A stretch of 64,000 nucleotides of DNA from NCBI GenBank assembly GCA_026025075.1, contig JAPEUI010000019.1, forward strand, positions 1 through 64,000, in the 5' to 3' direction. The notes below the pieces were generated by a model. It saw only the letters and a list, made by a program, of their open reading frames with translations. It was not told where the DNA came from and did no database searches. This document shows positions 59,810-64,000 of this stretch, piece by piece; within the stretch, counting starts at the first letter, position 1; the number at the start of each line of letters is the position of its first letter. The DNA is from Vezdaea acicularis (lineage: Eukaryota). Both the position numbers and the translations under genes were made by a program.

Positions 59810-62800
59810 ATGGAGGTTTTCATTCGTAACCTTCCAGATCAGACTACTGAAAAGGAGCTCACAAATTTCTTACGGGAGCCTTTGGCTAAGCTCAAGATCG
59901 ATAGCTATCACTGCAGAAAGCTACGAGGTCGTGGTTTGGCTACTCTGACGATTCTTGACGCGAAGAAAGGTCAAGTGTTTCTACAGATATATGGCGATCA
60001 AAGGCTCCTCACAGGGCTTACATACTCACGTCAGCGTTTATACTGTAACGCCAGTCGAAATCCTCCAGATCAATTACTGCTACGAAACCTAGCGAAACAA
60101 GAGAGCGATAGGGTTCATGCCCCCAAGCCGAAGCCCAAGAAATCATCTTCAGACGCTCCCTTACAACGGAAATTCGATATTCAATCGTTGGCATGCGGCT
60201 CATGGGATTACGAAAAAGCGCACCTCGTCTTCGTATCTTACGTGAAGGAGAATTATGCTGGCACTTTATCGTTTGGTAAACGCTCATTAATTCTTAATAT
60301 AAGTAAAGGGGTAATGTATGGGGTTGGCTATAAACTGAGCATGCCTTACTTCACCATTCGATCGATTACGACAGTAAACTTCCCTGATAGCTCTATCACG
60401 ATATCGCTCTCAGAGGCTCCTAGGATGTACGAGACGCCTGGAGACGATCTTGTCAAAATGTTAAAGCTTCTCGATCTAAAAGGCAGATCAAACCCAACTA
60501 AGCAGAGAAGAGTTACGAGTATAGGCGGCCTGGGTCGGGAACATGTCTCCAAATGCCTGGTGTATCGGATAGTATTGAAAAAGCCCGGGGATATCGACCA
60601 GATAGCTAGATTGAAGTCGGCACGAGAGATTCCTCGTTCTTTTCCTTGGCCAACAGATGTCTTACTTCCAAACACGTCACTAACTGAAGATATATCACAA
60701 CTGCAATCTATCCTTTCCACAGACCCCAACAAGTTCGGTCTCAATTTCCAACTAGTGAGACTGTCATCCAACGCATATCTTCCCCCCAGAAAAGTCATCG
60801 GGCTCGTTCACGAAGCCTTAGAAATATGCGAAAGGTCGGGCATTGCTATTGCTACAGATGCCGTTCAGCGACTTAGTAGTCAGATTCCATATCCGGGGCC
60901 TGATACCAAACCCGAGGATTTTGGACTACAAGGACTCATTGGCTTGATGAGAAGAAGCGAAGCGCAAAGTAAGAGGGAAAGAAAATACTGGATCAAGTAT
61001 CAGAAACAGAACGACCATCTTGTGCTTGTACACCGAGCTACTGTGACACCAACGGGGATATACCTATATGGACCAGATTTTGAATCAGGTAATCGTATTC
61101 TGCGGAAGTATTCGGAATTTTCGGATTTCTTCCTTCGCGTCTCATTTCTCGACGAGGACGGCGAGCCTATACGTTTTGATCGTACAGCGTCAAATGAAGC
61201 AGTCTTTCATCGCTTCAAAGATATCCTTAAAAAGTCCGTCAACATTGCCGGACGAGCTTATCAGTTCTTGGGATTCTCACATAGTGCACTACGTGCACAG
61301 ACTTGTTGGTTTATGGCGCCCTTTGTCTATGAAAGCAAGCTACATCTTGCGCCCATGGTTATCGCTAAATTAGGAGATTTTTCTGCGCAACGATGTCCCG
61401 CAAGATGTGCTGCGCGTATCGGCCAAGCTTTCACGGAGACTTTCAGCGCCGTACCAATCCCTAGTAGTGCTGTGGAAGAGATAAATGATGTGGAGAGATG
61501 TGGAAGGGTGTTCAGCGATGGTGTTGGAACATTTTCATTCCAAGTCCTAAGAAAGATCTCAGAACAATATGGACTAAAGTTGCCAAAGAAACCAACACTG
61601 TACCAGATTAGATATGCAGGTTAGTTTTCCAGACTCCATATCGACAGTTAAATAGTAGTGAATCTAGTATGGATATTGGCGCGTGGGTCAAGGAGTCGTA
61701 GGGTAGCTGGATGGCTTATGCATGTCTCTTTCAACTGGGCTCCGTTCGCTCCTTCTCTTATGTAGTCTACTCCATATATAGCTTGCTAACTCCAATATTA
61801 TACTCCCAGGAGCGAAAGGCATGATATCACTGGATAGTCGCCTCAAAGGCGAAGTGCTCCGTCTCAGGCGCTCAATGATAAAGTTTGAGGGCAGTGATGC
61901 GACTGAGATTGAGATATGCGGTTCTGCTTCTCGACCATTGCCGATGTATCTCAATCGACAACTGATTAAGATTCTGGAGGACCTAGGGGTGCCTAACTTC
62001 GTATTTCAAAGCCTTCAAGACAAGGCTGTCGAGCAGCTCCGGCTGTCAATTCAGTCTAATTCTAATGCAGCAGACTTTCTAGAGCAAAAGGCTGTGACCG
62101 AAGCTGCTCAATTACCCTGGCTTCTTCGAAAGCTTGACATGTTAGGACTACCATTTCAAAAGGACAAGTTTCTCTGCGACACAATTGAATTGGCAGTTCT
62201 GACGCAATTACGGGAGCTCAAACATCGATCGAGGATCTATGTGGAGAACGCAGTCACCGTATACGGTATAATGGACGAAACAGGCTACTTAGAAGAAGGA
62301 GAGGTCTATTGCTCTGTCCAACGTTCGACAAATCGCATAGAAGTTATCGAAGGTACTATAGTTGTGACTCGTTCACCAGCTTTGCATCCCGGAGATGTCC
62401 AGATAGCGCAAGCCGTCAACGTTCCGGCAAGCTCGCCTCTCAAAGAGCTCTACAACTGCGTTATATTCAGCCAGAAAGGTGGTAGAGATCTACCGAGCAA
62501 GCTCAGTGGTGGTGACCTTGATGGAGATCTTTACAACATTATCTATGATAGAGGATTGATGCTCAAGTTTCGATCCGAGCCAGCTGATTATCCACGGGTG
62601 GAGCCAATTAACATAGGCAGGCCTGTTGAAAGGGACGATATGGCTGAATTCTTCATACAGTTCATGGAGAATGACCAGTTGGGGAGAATAGCCACAATTC
62701 ATCAAATCATAGCAGACCAGTCTCCCAATGGAACGCTGGATGAGAAATGCTTAACACTGGCAAACATGCACTCAACGGCAGTAGACTTTTCGAAGACCGG

Positions 62801-63681
62801 GGTACCAGTAAGCCCCTGGCTCTCCAAACATGGTCACTAATAAGCTTCTGACTATACGGTTTACAGGTCGACATGTCGCAACTTCCGAAATATAGTCCAT
62901 GCCGTCCAGATTTTATGGCTACTGGCCCCACTGTCGATATCCTCGAGGGCGTGCACTTCAAAGATTTGCCAGATGACGAAGGTGATGGCCAGCGAAAAGA
63001 GTCTGAGATGGGAGATGAAACCTTCCAGTTTTCTTACTACGAAAGTGAAAAAGTCCTGGGGCAGCTATACCGAGCAATCAAGGAGAAAGAATTTTTTCAA
63101 GAGCTGCAGAACGAATCAAAGCGTGCTCATAGTGCAGACCCGGGAAAGAGCATCATGGATGCCATATGGGAATACGTCCAGAGAAGAACTGCCGGATTTC
63201 AGTGGCGACATTATATTCAAGAGGCCATCGATATCAGGGAAACGTAAGTCTTCCATTCGACCGGATGCGCGAAAGCCTTTTATAAGTCGAGGGTTTGATA
63301 TTGACCATCATACTCTATAGATACGAAAAGAATCTTATCGACCATATGTACAATTACTCAACACATCCTTCCTTCCACCTAACCGAGCTTGAAGTCTTCG
63401 CTGGTAACGTAATCGGCAAGGCTGGCGCTCAGAATAAACGCCAACGTGAAAACTCCATGGACATGAGGGAGAAGTTCAACCGAGACCTTTACTTTATTCG
63501 AGACTACATAAGGTACGGCAGCTCAGAAGAACTGCATGATCCGCTGGAGCGCTCCATAGCTTGTCTGTCTTTAGCGGTGGAGCAAGAGAGACGGAAATGG
63601 CCCAAAGTAGGCTGGCTTAAAAGCTTCGGGTGGGTGGCTGCTGCGGTGTGCTTGAAGGAGGTGGAAAGTGAATTGGGGTAA
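59810..63681 (+). CDS. RNAi-type RNA-dependent RNA polymerase with N-terminal RRM-like domain (1181 aa; exons 59810-61619, 61810-62807, 62867-63243, 63321-63681)
   Basis: NRILRKY...FLRVSF, FLGFSHS, AARIGQAF, FSDGVG, QIRYAG|AKGMI, RSPALHPGD, LSGGDLDGD and AVDFSKTG. Exon lengths sum to 3546 nt. Probably RRP-3/SAD-1 side rather than QDE-1 (inference). Confidence 0.96.
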
Positions 63682-64000
63682 GTGACAAAGCAATGACCGA
63701 TCTTAGATCATACAACTGGGCTTTGGCTTCGGAAGCATTATTTTGACCTCGACTGCGCGCAAGAGCTGTTAAGGTCGTGCGAAGGTCTCCATAGTATTTT
63801 CAGATTCCAGGGGGGGGAATGGTATTCGTTTGACGCAACGAGCTTTCATGTCAATTAAGAATAGATGATACACAGCTGACGACTTGCTCTGACTTTGAAC
63901 TTTTGCTCGCAATCGCCTGGTCGTGTTGAGAAAAGGTTATAGAAAGTCGATAGATCTACAATGGCACAGTCCATTCCTCATCACGCGCGTATAAACGGAA

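Noticed and set aside
61619..61809. Possible [D1,2] stwintron in RdRP intron 1 (G|GTTAGT...CTAG|TATGG)
   Set aside because: One-step splicing already gives the conserved YAG-AKG frame. The two-step route would frameshift, and the internal branch site is poor.

Overview
Gene-dense eukaryotic DNA from a filamentous ascomycete (Pezizomycotina-type genes, short GT-AG introns with CTRAY branch sites). About 24 protein-coding loci are present. Most are housekeeping genes: POP3 (partial), PIK1, ILV3, TAZ1, NOSIP-like RING protein, a lone histone H4, CBR1, SND2, CDC27, URA7, ANT1, class-3 lipase, kinesin-14, LOA1, a Ser/Thr kinase, an NHP10-like gene, RMD1, a BUD21-like gene, a Sel1/TPR protein, UBP12 and an RNAi-type RNA-dependent RNA polymerase. 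Four ORFs are orphans. I found no transposon, rRNA, tRNA or CRISPR. The strongest unexplained signal is a ~165-nt, highly structured, non-tRNA RNA gene on the minus strand between H4 and CBR1 (15169-15335). It has a TATA box at about -30, an internal A box, a T6 terminator and an upstream B box, and its layout recalls Pol III-made microRNA-like precursors. Other notable items are a GW/WG-repeat (possible Argonaute-hook) orphan protein, a probable ACG start plus overlapping uORF in UBP12, a 336-nt exitron in kinesin-14, and a structured H4 intron. All calls come from reading the sequence by eye; no searches or folding programs were run.
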